Of a DNA stretch of 64,000 nucleotides, positions 29,816 to 44,054 are shown one piece after another. The notes beneath the pieces were generated by a model, which did not search any database, was not told the origin of the DNA, and saw only the letters and a program-made list of their open reading frames with translations. The stretch comes from Aotus nancymaae (lineage: Eukaryota), in contig NW_026988422.1 in the NCBI RefSeq assembly GCF_030222135.1, positions 32,746,919 to 32,810,918 on the forward strand. Reading direction: 5' to 3'. Every line of letters starts with the position of its first letter. Positions within the stretch are counted from its first letter, which is position 1. The position numbers and the translations under genes are program-made.

Positions 29816-29973
29816 ATACCCCTCCAACCTACAGCTCTTTTCTCGAAGTCGCCTTCCCGGGCCTTGGGATTCTAGCAGAGCTGGGAAGAGAATGAAGCTG
29901 TCTAGGCCAGAGACCTGGGATCGGGAGCTGAGCCTGTGGGGAAACAAAGCTTCAGTCTGGGAGGAACTTATTG
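29816..29973 (+). CDS. TEP1: TEP1 exon 9
   Basis: Acceptor atctcAG. Encodes (R)YPSNLQLFSRSRLPGPWDSSRAGKRMKLSRPETWDRELSLWGNKASVWEELI. Donor TTG|GTAAAG. Confidence 0.85.
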
Positions 29974-30438
29974 GTAAAGTGACCTTGGCCATCACATTCC
30001 CTCCTTCTCTTCCCTATTTATGCCCCCACATCTTAGATCCTCACTAGAAGATTTCTGTGGAATGATGAAGTTATTCTTTTGCCTGGTAGTAGTATTACTG
30101 AAAATGATTTGATTTATAAGGTCTGCCATTGACCATACCAAAGTAAACAGTGGTACCTGCTTTGAGTCACATTGACATCATAGGTCATTATACCAGATGT
30201 GGTTAGGTGATGCACAAGTTTTTATCAATATATGACAAAAGTGCCTTCTTTCTGATTGTACTTGTATCAATATCTGTGTAACTCATTCCAAAAAAGGTAG
30301 GACTGGCACATGGCATATTGGAATCTGTACAGAAACTCTCATTTAGGACATGGAAGTTTTAGGTAATTTGCCCACACTGATACAGAAAAAAAATTCAAAT
30401 TGAGGAAGACTAAGTTATGTTCAATTTTCTCTTTCTCT

Positions 30439-30470
<32 letters not shown>

Positions 30471-30540
30471 GGAGTGGTCTATTTTTAACCATAGCAGGCT
30501 CTTTCTTTTGTTTTCTATTTTTTTTTTTTTTTTTTAAATT

Positions 30541-30662
30541 TTAGAGTCAGAGTCTTTCTAATGTTGCCCAGGCTGGTCTCAAACTCATGGCCTCAAGCAA
30601 TCCTCCGACCTTGGCCTCCCAAAGTGCTGGGATTACAGGTGTGAGCCACTGCACCCAGCCAT
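30541..30662 (-). mobile_element. partial Alu, minus orientation (intron 9)
   Basis: ttagagtcagagtctttctaatgttgcccaggctggtctcaaactcatggcctcaagcaatcctccgaccttggcctcccaaagtgctgggattacaggtgtgagccactgcacccagcc. Confidence 0.8.
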
Positions 30663-30972
30663 AGAAAGCTCTATTTTCACATTTATATACCTTGTTACTA
30701 TTTTGTTTTCTTTTACTTCTTCTTTTTTCTTTGAAAATTTGAAGTCAATTTTTTTCTGTTGAAAAACATCTAACTTCAGATGTTTTGACTGGGTTTGTAG
30801 ACTACATATTTGGGAACTTCAGTCACCCATATTGTCTTTTTTACCTCATTTCTCTGTACACTGCTTGTTAGCAGATTGTACTCAGGGCAGCCTGAATTGT
30901 TCAGCTGCTTATCACCCCTCTCACATTCTGGTTGTCACTGGTGGTGCATGTATCAGAATCACCTGGGAATTT

Positions 30973-31014
<42 letters not shown>
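30973..31014. repeat. (CA)n microsatellite, about 21 units (TEP1 intron 9)
   Basis: Uninterrupted acacacac... run between tttaaac and atctgcccc. Confidence 0.95.
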
Positions 31015-31016
<2 letters not shown>

Positions 31017-31127
31017 CTGCCCCCAGTTGACAGGCTCTTCCCCGACAGTTGAAACCACTTGGGGTGGAGTAGAATAAAGGGGCCTGGATGCAAGCCAATA
31101 GCCAGAATATGTAGATAATTTTTTTTT

Positions 31128-31416
31128 TTTTTGAGATAGAGTTTCACTCTTTTTGCCCAGGCTACAGTGCAATGGCACAATCTCAGCTCACTCAACCTCT
31201 GCCTCCTGGGTTCAAGCAATTCTCCTGTCTCAGCCTCCCAAGCAGCTGGGATTACAGCCTCATGCCACCATGCCTAGCTAATTTTGTATTTTTAGTAGAG
31301 ATGGGGTTTCACCATGGTGGCCCAACTAGTCTTGAACTCCTAACCTCCAGTTAGTAATCCACCCGCTTCGGCCTCCCAAAGTGCTGGGATTATAGGTGTG
31401 AGCCACCTCGCCGGGC
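31128..31416 (-). mobile_element. Alu, minus orientation (intron 9)
   Basis: T13 head then gagatagagtttcactctttttgcccaggctacagtgcaatggcacaatctcagc ... ggattataggtgtgagccacctcgccgggcc. Confidence 0.9.
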
Positions 31417-32041
31417 CATGTGTAGATAATTCTATATGCACCATCTCCACTTCCTCCCTCTGGTTGAGAACCATTGTCCCTGAAAATGTAAGGACATGTA
31501 ACTTTATTCTTTTAATGTCTTTTATCCTAGGTGAGGCAAATGCCCACAATCTAATCCCATAGTGGCTAGAGTTTCCTTTTTTAATCATATACTACAAAAA
31601 AAATTTATGGATATACCAGAATATATGTATATGTCCTTTTTTTTTTTTTTTTTTTTTTTAGAAACAGAGTCTCACTTTGTTGCCAAGACTGGTCTCCAGT
31701 TGCTGGGATTACAGATGTAAGCCACTGTGCACAGCCAAAAATAAATATAAATAAATAAAAGAAAATATAAAAATATATGGATATAATTATAAAAGATAAG
31801 ATAAAATGTAATTGGGTATACAGACCCCTTTTTGGAAACCACAGATCTCATTAATAACTCATTAACAATTTTTTGGGATGAAATAAGTGAATTTTGCAAT
31901 CTGAAGGATGAATGTCCAGTTTATTTTCTAATATCACAAGTATGATATTGGACTTAATTTCTTATCAAAAATGATCTAGAAAACCTTTATACATAGTAAC
32001 AGTTGAAAAAAACTTGAGTTGACAATGGATGCAATAGTTCA

Positions 32042-32401
<360 letters not shown>

Positions 32402-32834
32402 TTATGACTGGAGAATCCCAAGACTTCCAGAGGGCTGAAAGCTTCCAGCTGTAATTCAAATGAGACTTAGATCCCCTTTACAAAGGGAGCACCACTTACC
32501 TGATGGAAGCTGCTGATGGTGTGGGCTGCTGCACAAGGCACAGTGAGGGACTGACATGGTTGGTCTCTAAAGTGGTTTGAATGGACCTCTGTCCAGGAAA
32601 AGAAAATCACATCTCCCATTTATGTTTATTTTTATCTAAAAGAAAAGAATTTTCCCAATATTTACCATGCAGATTGAACCCACATGGTCGCTCGCTCAGT
32701 CCATATGATACAGTGTTATGTATAACAGTTGAGGTTTTCTGAGCATCCACAATCTGAGGGCATTGATGGTGCCCCTTCACTCTTTCACTCTTTTTTTTTT
32801 TTTTTGGTTTCTACATAGTTTGACTCATAGCAAT

Positions 32835-32966
32835 TTATCTTTTTTTTTTTTTAAAATGGATTTCACCATGTTGGTCAGGCTAGTCTTGAACTCCCGACCT
32901 CAGGTGATCCGCCCGCCTTGGCCTCCAAAGTGCTTGGATTACAGGTGTGAGCCACCACGCCCAGCT
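32835..32966 (-). mobile_element. partial Alu, minus orientation (intron 9)
   Basis: T-run then aaaatggatttcaccatgttggtcaggctagtcttgaactcccgacctcaggtgatccgcccgccttggcctccaaagtgcttggattacaggtgtgagccaccacgcccagc. Confidence 0.8.
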
Positions 32967-33074
32967 GCAATTTATCTTTAAATTGTAGATGGAATTGGAA
33001 TTATTCAGTATTACCTGAATTAATCCTCTAAAATTGATATAAACTTTAAAAATATTATTATTAAGAAACTATGG

Positions 33075-33362
33075 GCTGGGTGTGGTGGCTCACATCTGTA
33101 ATCCCAGCATGTTGGGGGGCCGAGGCGGGTGGATCACTGGAGGTCAGGAGTTCAAGACTAACCTGGCCAAATGGTGAAATCTCATCTCTACTAAAATACA
33201 AAAATTAGCTGGACATTGTGGTGGGCACCTGTAATCCCAGCTACTCAGGAACTGAGGTGGGAGAATTGCTTGAATCCAGGAAACGGAGGTTGCAGTGAGC
33301 CAAGATTGTACCACTGCACTCCAGCCTGGGTGACAGAGCATAACTCCGTCTCAAAAAAAGAA
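33075..33362 (+). mobile_element. Alu, plus orientation (intron 9)
   Basis: ggctgggtgtggtggctcacatctgtaatcccagcatgttggggggccgaggcgggtggatcactggaggtcaggag ... cctgggtgacagagcataactccgtctc, then A7. Confidence 0.9.
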
Positions 33363-34004
33363 AAGGGACTATGGCTTGAAGATCATATTAACTCAAGGAC
33401 AAGTGAACAGTAAGAAAGTGACAGAGGTGAAATTCTATCTCCAGTGTAAATCTTTTTCAACTGTATTTAAGCAAAAAAAAAAATTAATGACTAATCAAAT
33501 CTTATAAGAAATTGGTTAAAAAACTTAAAAATTTTGAAGACTATTTGAAATATGGATTTACATTCATTATTGTAAGTGGAGAACCTTCTTTTAATTGTAT
33601 ATTGTGCCTTAAAATATTAACTAATGAATGTACTACATTACGTTAGTATATACTTCATAAATCAATTTCTCTTTTGGCCATCTAAAAAGTTTGGAAACCT
33701 TTGCCCTAGACTAGAGATTACATTTTGTCAGTTGAACCCAATCTTAGGGCTAGAGCCAACAGATAAAGTGGTAACATAAGTTGTTTATTGAAACAGCCAT
33801 CCCATAAACAGTGTTGCGTAAATTTTGCTCCAAATTTCAGGCCAACTCTGTTTTTAATCTTTCCAAGCCTTTAAAACATTTTGAGTAGAGTAGATTGTAT
33901 GTCAGTTCCTCACTTCCTCTGTCTTGGACTTTCTACATGCTTGGTCTCTGAACTTCTTGCTCTGGTTTCTGATCTCTCATCATCCCTAATTTGCTTTTTT
34001 TTTA

Positions 34005-34128
34005 AGAGACAGAGACTTGCTATGTTGCCCAGGCTAGACTCCAACTCCAGGGTCCTGGGTTCAAGTGATCCTCCTGTCTCAGCCTCCTTGGTAGCTGGGA
34101 TTACAGCTGCATGGCACTGTGCCTGGCC
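34005..34128 (-). mobile_element. partial Alu, minus orientation, immediately upstream of exon 10
   Basis: T-run then aagagacagagacttgctatgttgcccaggctagactccaactccagggtcctgggttcaagtgatcctcctgtctcagcctccttggtagctgggattacagctgcatggcactgtgcctggcc. Confidence 0.75.
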
Positions 34129-34169
34129 TCCTCATTTGTTTTTCTCACTCTACGCCCCACATTCCACAG

Positions 34170-34279
34170 AAAATGAGAAGCTTCCCTTCATGGCCATGCT
34201 TCGGAACCTGTGCAACCTGCTTCGTGTTGGAATCAGTGCCCGCCACCATGAGCTTGTTCTCCAGAGACTCCAGCATGCG
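34170..34279 (+). CDS. TEP1: TEP1 exon 10
   Basis: Acceptor ttccacAG. Encodes (E)NEKLPFMAMLRNLCNLLRVGISARHHELVLQRLQHA. Donor GCG|GTATGT. Confidence 0.85.
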
Positions 34280-34627
34280 GTATGTGTGAGGGGCAGGTAG
34301 CCGTGGGGCCCAGCAACTAGACGTGCATGTGGAGGCCACTGCTGTTTTGGAGGCCAGGATTTTTCAGGTGGCCGAGGAAGGTCACGGCCACCAAGCTCTT
34401 TCCATGTGGGCTGTAAGTAGGTCTGGAAATACAGATATGTTTGGGGGTTCAGTAAATCCTTTGAGAAGTTACAATAGAGTATAAGAGCTTTCATTTTAAT
34501 TTTCTGAGCTCAGTGACTTACCAGGAAGAGACATTTCTGTGACGTAACTGATTTCAGAGGGAGTCTTTATTTTTTATTTATAGAGATGGGGTTTTTTTGT
34601 GTTTTTTTTTTTTTTAGTATTTTTTTT

Positions 34628-34760
34628 TTTTTAGTATGAGATGGGGTTTTGCCATGTTGGCAAGGCTGGTCTTGAACTCCTGAGCTCAGGCAGTCCACCC
34701 GCCTCAGTCTCCCAAAGTGCTGTGATTATAGGCATGAGCTACCACACCCCGCCCGGAGGG
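34628..34760 (-). mobile_element. partial Alu, minus orientation (intron 10)
   Basis: tttagtatgagatggggttttgccatgttggcaaggctggtcttgaactcctgagctcaggcagtccacccgcctcagtctcccaaagtgctgtgattataggcatgagctaccacaccccgccc. Confidence 0.8.
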
Positions 34761-34982
34761 AGTCTTAAAAGAAACAGGGCTCCTTCTGTTACTTTATCTG
34801 CTTTACCTCTTCTCACACCCTAAAATGATGCATTTTTTCTTTCTCCTTATTACCCCTTTTCTGTATCTCTTGTCTAAGTCCATTTTGTCCTTCTGTACCT
34901 TCCCGTAAAGCTAATAGAATAGACCCCTGAAGCCCCCCATACTCCCGGCTCCTGTGCTCATGACCTCTCCCTTGCTTTGCAG

Positions 34983-35073
34983 AAGTCGGTCATCCACAGT
35001 CGGCAGTTTCCATTCAGATTTCTTAACGCCCATGATTCCATTGATGCCCTTGAGGCTCAACTCAGAAATCAAG
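34983..35073 (+). CDS. TEP1: TEP1 exon 11
   Basis: Acceptor ctttgcAG. Encodes KSVIHSRQFPFRFLNAHDSIDALEAQLRNQ. Donor AAG|GTATTC. Confidence 0.85.
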
Positions 35074-35304
35074 GTATTCTCTCCCTTCTTCCAACTCCTG
35101 TTTGCCTCTCGTTTCTGACAATAAATGAAGCAGCAACACCAATATTTTCAGCCTCTTGCCTTGCAATCTCAGGATGTGTGGGGGTTGGAGGCAGAGGTCA
35201 GGCACTTTCCAGCCCCAAAGGTTGGGGCTCAGGCCACATTACTGGTAGGAAAAGATGAGGGAATAGAAGGTGCCTAACTCAGAAATTTATTTATCATCAT
35301 ACAG

Positions 35305-35482
35305 CATTGCCCTTTCCTTCTAATATAACACTGATGAAGCAGATAATAACTAGAAATGAGAAGAACCGTCCCAGGCGGAGGTTTCTTTGCTCCCTAAGCC
35401 GTCAGCAGCTTCGGGCAGTAATGAGGATACCTGTGATGTATGAGCAGCTCAAGCGGGAGAAGCTGAGAGTACACAAGGCCAG
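35305..35482 (+). CDS. TEP1: TEP1 exon 12
   Basis: Acceptor catacAG. Encodes (A)LPFPSNITLMKQIITRNEKNRPRRRFLCSLSRQQLRAVMRIPVMYEQLKREKLRVHKA. Donor CAG|GTGTGT. Confidence 0.85.
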
Positions 35483-36105
35483 GTGTGTATGTGCTGTCTG
35501 GGATCCAAGGGTGGGCAATAGGGGCTACCCTGGCACAGGTTGAAAGTCATCTGGGAAGCCCAAATGTTTTTCTGTAAAGACTTGCTTGTCATTCGTCGCA
35601 ATGGCTCAGAATTGCCTGGTTCCTTGCACAGCACACCTTGTCTTTAACATTGTCCTAAAGAGAGATCATGAAACAAAGTCTACTCCTGGACCTCTACTCT
35701 ATTATCTGTGATTGTTTTATTGGTTTACATGGATTCCTTTCTTTTAGTTGTGCTGATGTATGGTGGTGTATCCTGGTGTCCTCTCTGCTTCCGCTCTGAT
35801 TCATGGTTTTCTTTCTTTTTCTTTTCTGTGACTTGTTTGCTTTTCTGTTTCTATCTTGTTCTGTATTTTTTGGCCCATTCATCTTTTTTTGCTTTTGTTG
35901 TATGTGTGTATGTTTTGACATACACACAAAGATAGTTACCATCAAGCAGGCTCAAAGACAGATGTACAATGTTTTGTAGGCTTGGTGAAGTCTCCGCTGT
36001 CTTTTCAAGTATTTTATCAGTACCTTACACTTACTTTTACTCAGAACAACCACAGGACTCACCTAACCTTTTAGAGTGCTCAGTGACCAGGAATCTCCTG
36101 AATCA

Positions 36106-36440
<335 letters not shown>

Positions 36441-36666
36441 AAAAACCCAGAATCAAGCCCAAGGCGGCAGTCCAAATGGTATTCTTGTACTGATTAATGT
36501 GGTAGCCACTAGCCACATGTGGGTATTTAGCAGTTGATATATACTAGTGAAGTCTGAGTTGAGACATGCTAGATTTTGAAGGCAGTCAGAAAAAATAAAT
36601 GTGAAATATTCATAATTTTTGTATTAATTACAGGCTGACATGAAAATATTTTTATATATTAGGTTA

Positions 36667-37407
<741 letters not shown>

Positions 37408-37591
37408 GTCTCTTAAAGAAGAGAAAAATTAATTTCACCATTAATAAAATTAATTTATTTTTACTCTTTAAAATGTGACTATTAGAAAATTGTATGTATA
37501 TAATTTAAGTTTGATTTAATTCTATTGGATAGCGCTGGGAAGACTACTGATTTTGCTAGACTAAAAAGTTAGTATAAAAAACTTTAAATAG

Positions 37592-37956
<365 letters not shown>

Positions 37957-38004
37957 TTATCTAGATTTTATCGCATTTTCTTTACTGATCTCTTTTTCTT
38001 TTTT

Positions 38005-38290
38005 CTTTTTTTTTTTTTTTATTTGAGACAGAGTCTTGCTCTATAGCAACAAGCTAGAGTGCAGAGTGGTGCTATCTTGGCTCACTGAACCTCCACCTCC
38101 TGGTTTCAATCCATTGTAATCCTCCCAAGTAGTTGAGATTATAGGCGCCTGCCACTGCACCCAGCTAATTTTTGTATTTTTAGTAGAATCAGGATTTCAC
38201 CATCTGGTCTTGAACTGCTAACCTCATGATCCACCCACCTTGGCCTCCCAAAGTGCTGGGGATTACAGGCATGAGCCACCACACCCGCCC
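38005..38290 (-). mobile_element. Alu, minus orientation, diverged (intron 12)
   Basis: T-run then atttgagacagagtcttgctctatagcaacaagctagagtgcagagtggtgctatcttggctcactgaacctccacctcc ... ggggattacaggcatgagccaccacacccgccc. Confidence 0.8.
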
Positions 38291-39450
38291 TCCCCTCCCC
38301 AGTCCAAAGATGTTTTTAAAACAAATGTCAAAGAATAAGACACATTTTATTTCACCTTTCCTTATTTCACGTGTGTTTCTTTAAAAAGGGCCTTTTTTTT
38401 TTTTTACATAATGTCATTAATATACCTGACAAAATTAAAAATAATTTCTTGGTATTATCATCTGTTATCTACTCCATATTCAGATTTTCCAATTGTTTAA
38501 AAATATAATTTTATAGTTTTATTCAAATCCAGATCTAAACAAGGTCTACACATTGCATTTGGTTGTTAAGTCACATATGTTGCTTTTAACCTTTTAATTG
38601 TTCTTATGCTATTGAGTTACTGTGAAAACCAGGTTCAGGGGCCCCACAGAATATCGCATATTCTGGATTTGCCTCCCTCCTCATGGTGTCATCTATCTTG
38701 TTTTTCTATTTCATGTTCATTAGCTCTAAAGGCTTGAACAGCCTTTAGATTTGCCTTTTTTTTTTTTGCAAGTATTTCGTAGGTGATCCTATATATATAC
38801 TATTTAAGTGGGACCACTCCTTAGTAATGCTAATATTGATCAGTATTTTTAGATGATAATAGCCTAATCTCTCCACAATAGTTAATGGCTCATCTATTGG
38901 TAATCTTTGCGTGAACCAATTGCTTCATTGTTGGTTGCAGAGTAAGGGTTTTATCATTCCTCCATATTTATTAATTGGAATTTTTAAAAGAGCCTCCCTT
39001 ATCAACCAAATCTATTTAGTTACCCTGAAATAGATTGTATGGTAAAGGTGTAATAAGTATTCAACTTATTCTCTTTTAATTGCCAGTTTTCAGAGTAAGG
39101 AGTTAGCATTTGTTCTTTAAAATACGATTTAAAACTATGTAGCCGTTAAATCTTGCTTCATGAAGTAAGAATGGATTCATGTGGTAAGTGTAGCTAGTGA
39201 GTCCACAGGTGACTTCCTGTCTCCTACTATGAGTGTGGATTAGAAGAGTCCTATAAAATGGGGGCAGAGGGAAGCTCTGTCCCAGTCCTCTACACCAGCA
39301 ATGGAGTAGGCTGGGGAAAGGGGTGTAATGCTTGAGGCGGGAGGGAGAAGACTCAATACTTAAGTGGCAAGTTCTCATCTTCCCATCTACCTCTAAGGGG
39401 CAGGCAGATAAGTCCCTGAGCCCATGTGTCTGTGTCTTTCTTGCCTATAG

Positions 39451-39619
39451 ACAGTGGAAATATGATGGTGAGATGCTGAACCGGTATCGACAGGCCCTGG
39501 AGACAGCTGTGAACCTCTCTGTGAAGCACAGCCTGCCCCCGCTGCCAGGCCGCACCATCTTGGTCTATCTGACAGATGCTAATGCAGACAAGCTCTGTCC
39601 CAAGAGCAACCCAAAAGGG
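39451..39619 (+). CDS. TEP1: TEP1 exon 13
   Basis: Acceptor gcctatAG. Encodes (R)QWKYDGEMLNRYRQALETAVNLSVKHSLPPLPGRTILVYLTDANADKLCPKSNPKG. Donor GGG|GTAAGA. Confidence 0.85.
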
Positions 39620-40114
39620 GTAAGAAAATAAAAAGCATCCTCCAAGGGGTTGATAGGCTGCTGGGGATCCTGAGTTAGGTATCCTGTTCCCAGAGCTGGT
39701 TCTTCCAGGCAAGCACTCAGACTGAAGTAAATGATATGAATTTGCTTCCAAGTATCAGTCCTTGGTTCCTAGGAACAATTCCTAGGATATTGTTTCAACC
39801 AGGTTTATGTATAATACTGACGTTTCACCCTTGGCTGGTACTTGGTACTCTCTAAGTTTCCATTGCCAAAATAGATCTCACTTTTGCCTTACTATACCCA
39901 GTGTTGAACTTGGGCAGGGATCCTGGCTCCTCTCTTCCTCCTTCCACAGTCAGCTGTTCCTGAGGGCTGCCGAAGCTGACCCCTCCCAACTTGGGATTTT
40001 ATGCCTTTTCTCATTCCCCGAAACCAATGGGAGGGTTTGGCCTCCAGGGATGGTTGGGTAAGGGTGAATTCCAAAGCAAGGGAGCTTTATTTCCCCTGAT
40101 ACTTGTCAAACCAG

Positions 40115-40273
40115 CCCCCACTGAACTATGTGCTGCTGTTGATTGGGATGATGATCACAACGGCGGAGCAGGTGGAGGTGGTGCTGTGTGGAGGAGACAC
40201 TCTGAAGACTGCAGTGCTTAAGCCAGAAGAAGGCATCCTGAAGACTGCCATCAAGCTCCAGGCTCAAGTCCAG
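40115..40273 (+). CDS. TEP1: TEP1 exon 14 (end of TROVE region)
   Basis: Acceptor aaaccAG. Encodes PPLNYVLLLIGMMITTAEQVEVVLCGGDTLKTAVLKPEEGILKTAIKLQAQVQ. Donor CAG|GTCAGA. Confidence 0.85.
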
Positions 40274-40436
40274 GTCAGACACTCACTCCCAACCATCCAA
40301 AAATACACAAAGGACATAGGTCTGGGAATAGCCCAGGTATTTGGTAAAGGCACAGATATACATAGTTCTGAAGATTTGCCAAGCAGTGTCTGTCACTTAC
40401 TGTGCAACCACATAACATGAAGTCTCTTTCCTTCAG

Positions 40437-40514
40437 GAGTTTGAGGAAAAGAATGAATGGTCCCTGAATACTTTTGGGAAATACCTGCTGTCTCTGGCTG
40501 GCCAAAGAGTTCCT
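40437..40514 (+). CDS. TEP1: TEP1 exon 15
   Basis: Acceptor ccttcAG. Encodes EFEEKNEWSLNTFGKYLLSLAGQRVP. Donor CCT|GTGAGT. Confidence 0.85.
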
Positions 40515-40964
40515 GTGAGTATTGCTCAATCTCTGAGAAACCCTCTCTCTCTCCGTCATTTTATTATATAATTGATATATATCATTTTTGGACCTTTGAA
40601 GCTGACTTCTCCAACCACGTACAATATTCAGATCAGCTCTCTACTGGCTACAACCCCCTACTCAGTGGTGTGCTGGTAAATGTCTGACAAGCAGCTGTCT
40701 GGAAAAATAAGCCTTGGTTAATACCATCTGCTAATTTCCATGGTATAAACAGTCCTACTGAGGCTGATTTCAAACTCCCAATATGATGCTACTGAACACA
40801 GAGTTGGGAAAAGATGTTCAGGAGCACACCACTGTGTGGTATTCCCACAATCCTGGTACAGTAGATGTAAATAAGGATGAGTAGATCATAGTAAAATGTA
40901 GCAAAATTATTAGGAAGTTATGCATTTTGAATATTTATTACATTTGTTTTATTTTCTGATTTTT

Positions 40965-41127
40965 TATATTTTGAGACAGGGTTTCACTCTGTTGCCCAGG
41001 CTAGAGTGAAATGGCCTGATTATAGCTCACTGCAACTAAAACACCTGGGCTCAAGTGATTCTCCTGCCTCAGCCTCCCAAGTAGCTGGGACTACTGGTGT
41101 GTGCCAACATGTCTGGCCATATTTGTT
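40965..41127 (-). mobile_element. partial Alu, minus orientation (intron 15)
   Basis: ttttatattttgagacagggtttcactctgttgcccaggctagagtgaaatggcctgattatagctcactgcaactaaaacacctgggctcaagtgattctcctgcctcagcctcccaagtagctgggactactggtgtgtgccaacatgtctggcc. Confidence 0.8.
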
Positions 41128-41438
41128 TAAATATAACTTATTTAATTTTTTAAATGTATACAATTTAATGTTTAATAATGTCCATTTTTAGCAACCGCTC
41201 ATAAAATTCCTGAAAATGTAACAATCAGCTCTCTCGAACCTGAATGAGCCAGCTACAGCATACCACTGCCCCACTCCAACCTCCACTTTGATGTCCCCCG
41301 AGCTTCCCTCATTCTGTGTGCTCAGGAGAGGCACTCCCGTCAGAGTTCTCCTAATCCTCCTGTCCTCAGAAAGCTCATATCTTAATGTCCTGGGTCTCCA
41401 GCATCCCTTAGGAGCATCTTCTCCCTTTCATCTTACAG

Positions 41439-41569
41439 GTGGACAGGGTCATCCTCTTTGGCCAAAGCATGGATTATGGAATGATAAATGTGGCCAAACA
41501 GCTTTACTGGCAGCGTGTGAATTCCAAGTGCCTCTTTGTTGGTATCCTCCTAAGAAGGGTACAATACCT
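41439..41569 (+). CDS. TEP1: TEP1 exon 16
   Basis: Acceptor tcttacAG. Encodes VDRVILFGQSMDYGMINVAKQLYWQRVNSKCLFVGILLRRVQY. Donor CCT|GTAAGA. Confidence 0.85.
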
Positions 41570-41881
41570 GTAAGAGTGCTTATCCTTCCTGCCCAGTGTC
41601 AGAAATTAGTGGTCTACATTTCCTCTCTACCTCTCCCAAAGCCTAGGACACCCCCACTTGCCAGGTACCTCCCCAACTCTGCCTTCTTACTTCTGTTGCA
41701 CTTCAGGAAGATACTTTAGCCTAACTTTGTACCCCTCTGTGAGAGTCCACCCTAGCCCTAGCCTAGCACATAACCTGATTAAAGGTGCAGAAGTGGAGTT
41801 TCCATCATGGGATGTTAGTGGGCAGTCACTGTGTTCCAGGTACTGTTTGTGATGGTTAGTGACTACTTCTTCCTTTGCCAG

Positions 41882-41941
41882 GTCAACAGATTCGAATCCC
41901 AATGATGTGACACTCTCAGGCTGTACTGATGGGATACTGAA
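41882..41941 (+). CDS. TEP1: TEP1 exon 17
   Basis: Acceptor tttgccAG. Encodes (L)STDSNPNDVTLSGCTDGIL. Donor GAA|GTGAGT. Confidence 0.85.
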
Positions 41942-42811
41942 GTGAGTACAAAATAGACACTGAAGGCTTGGAGACTTTGTTAGAAAGTCTTTAGGAGACT
42001 ATCTCTATTCCAATCACTTCTTTTTTAAAGTAAGATAGTTTATTCCTCTTTTACAGCCATCCAGGCATAGCAGCAACAGTGTCACAGGGACCCAGGCACT
42101 TTCTCTCTTATTGCTCCATCATCCTCAAATACTCAGCTTCTACCTCATGATCCAATATGTCTGCTTCAGCTCCAGCCATCTTGGTATTCAGCCAAGTTTG
42201 TATTATATTATATCCAGTAGGAAAGAAGAAAAGGGACATGGCAGATTTCACTGTAAAGAGTTGGCCATGTCACAGTGGCTTCTGTTCAGTTCTTGATGCA
42301 GAGAAAATTACATTTATATAAGCTAAATTATAGAAATCTTTTCATGCTTTTTTCTGTCTCCATTCTTTGCCTTCTTATTTACTTGTTTTCTCCCCTGCCT
42401 TTACTTTTGGATACCATCCATTTCCCTTAACTCCTGTTAGGAAGCCTCAGGCACATTCCTCCTTCTCCAGGGAACATTTATGGCTGGCACAGAGCTGCTC
42501 AAACCCAGACTGGATGACTTTAATTTTTACACCTTATCCTAGCCCATTGCCCCTGGCCCAATAGCAAGTTTATGATTACTGTGCACAGCAGGAGAGGCGA
42601 GCTGGGCTTCTTTTCTTTTCCTTCATTCTGATGGTTCTGCATCCTCATTTATTTTAAGTCTGCATAAACTGCTTATGGTCATCTTCTTAAGAAGCTTCAG
42701 TTAACTGGTGACCAAACCTAGACATATCTTTTCCCCCCTGACCTTTTTGGAAGACCTCCCTGATTTTGATCTCTGTTATTCTACTCACATTTATCTTATT
42801 ATTTATGTCAG

Positions 42812-42970
42812 GTTCATTGCAGAGCATGGGGCCTCTCATCTTCTGGAACATGTGGGCCAAATGGACAAAATATTCAAGATTCCACCACCCCCAGGAAAGA
42901 CAGGGATCCAGTCTATCCGGCCACTGGAAGAGGACACTCCGAGCCCCTTGGCTCCTATTTCCCAGCAAGG
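42812..42970 (+). CDS. TEP1: TEP1 exon 18
   Basis: Acceptor atgtcAG. Encodes (K)FIAEHGASHLLEHVGQMDKIFKIPPPPGKTGIQSIRPLEEDTPSPLAPISQQ. Donor AGG|GTCAGT. Confidence 0.85.
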
Positions 42971-43630
42971 GTCAGTCTGTGTTTCTAGGCCTTTGTGAAT
43001 TGGGAGGGGCTGCAGTCAAACCTGGAGAAACTGGGACTGAAATTCTATCTGGTGAGGTGCTGCTTGTTCTCTTCATGAAAGTACACTTCCTCTTTCTCAG
43101 GCAAGGGTTTCTCTACCACGGGGAGTTGTTAGATTGTGAGCAAGCCCTTCCTTTCTCTACTGAGCAAAGAAGGTCAGAATGCAAAGAGGATGGCAGACAT
43201 CATGGCCGTATGGCCAGGGCGTAGGCAGAGGAGTTAGGAGCACAGGTTCTGGCTTTTTCATTGTGGCTTTGCCAAATAGTAGTTTGAACCTGGCCTAGTT
43301 GCTTAATTTCTTAAAGGTATAGTTTCTGATTGGTAAAATGGAGATAATGATAGTGCTTACCCCACAGGGTTGTCATGAACAAACAGTAAGAACATAATTA
43401 TGATTACTAGAAGAAGGAGAGGTGTACAAGAAATAGCAAGTGGGGTTTAAATTCCAGGGCCCTACAGTTGAGACCACAAGCAGGTGATTCTCTGAAGGCC
43501 TGCTGGGCACCTGTCTGCTGTCTGTCTTACCTGCCTTGTGCTCAGTACTAAAGGGTGATCACAGCAATGTCTGTGGATTGGGTGGTGGGGCTCATCCCTG
43601 GGTTGAGCCCAGCCTTCTGCTTATCCCCAG

Positions 43631-43807
43631 ATGGCGCAGCATCCGGCTTTTCATTTCATCCACTTTCCGAGACATGCATGGGGAGCGGGACCTGCTGCTG
43701 AGGTCTGTGCTGCCAGCACTGCAGGCCCGAGCAGCCCCTCACCACATCAGCCTTCACGGCATTGACCTCCGTTGGGGCATCACTGAGGAGGAAACCCGTA
43801 GGAACAG
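43631..43807 (+). CDS. TEP1: TEP1 exon 19
   Basis: Acceptor atccccAG. Encodes (G)[58 protein letters not shown]. Donor CAG|GTGTGG. Confidence 0.85.
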
Positions 43808-44054
43808 GTGTGGGGATTCAGAGAAGAGGGGCTGGGTCAGGGATGAGGGGCTTGAGTGGTGGACCTGAGGTGGGCAGGGTTGGGGCTGCAATGGATGAGG
43901 ATGAAGGTGGGAGTTGCCCCTTGGATACTAACAAGAGCAGCCTACCTTCTCTTTTCTCAGTTGCGAGCCAGGGCCCTGTCTCCCTATTTGTGCTTATGTT
44001 CCCTGATACCATGACCCCAGTGACTCCCACGTGTCTCTGTAACCATGCCTACAG

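Noticed and set aside
39353-39751. 132-aa minus-strand ORF overlapping TEP1 exon 13
   Set aside because: Antisense to a confirmed exon, extends into intron, no promoter or splice evidence.
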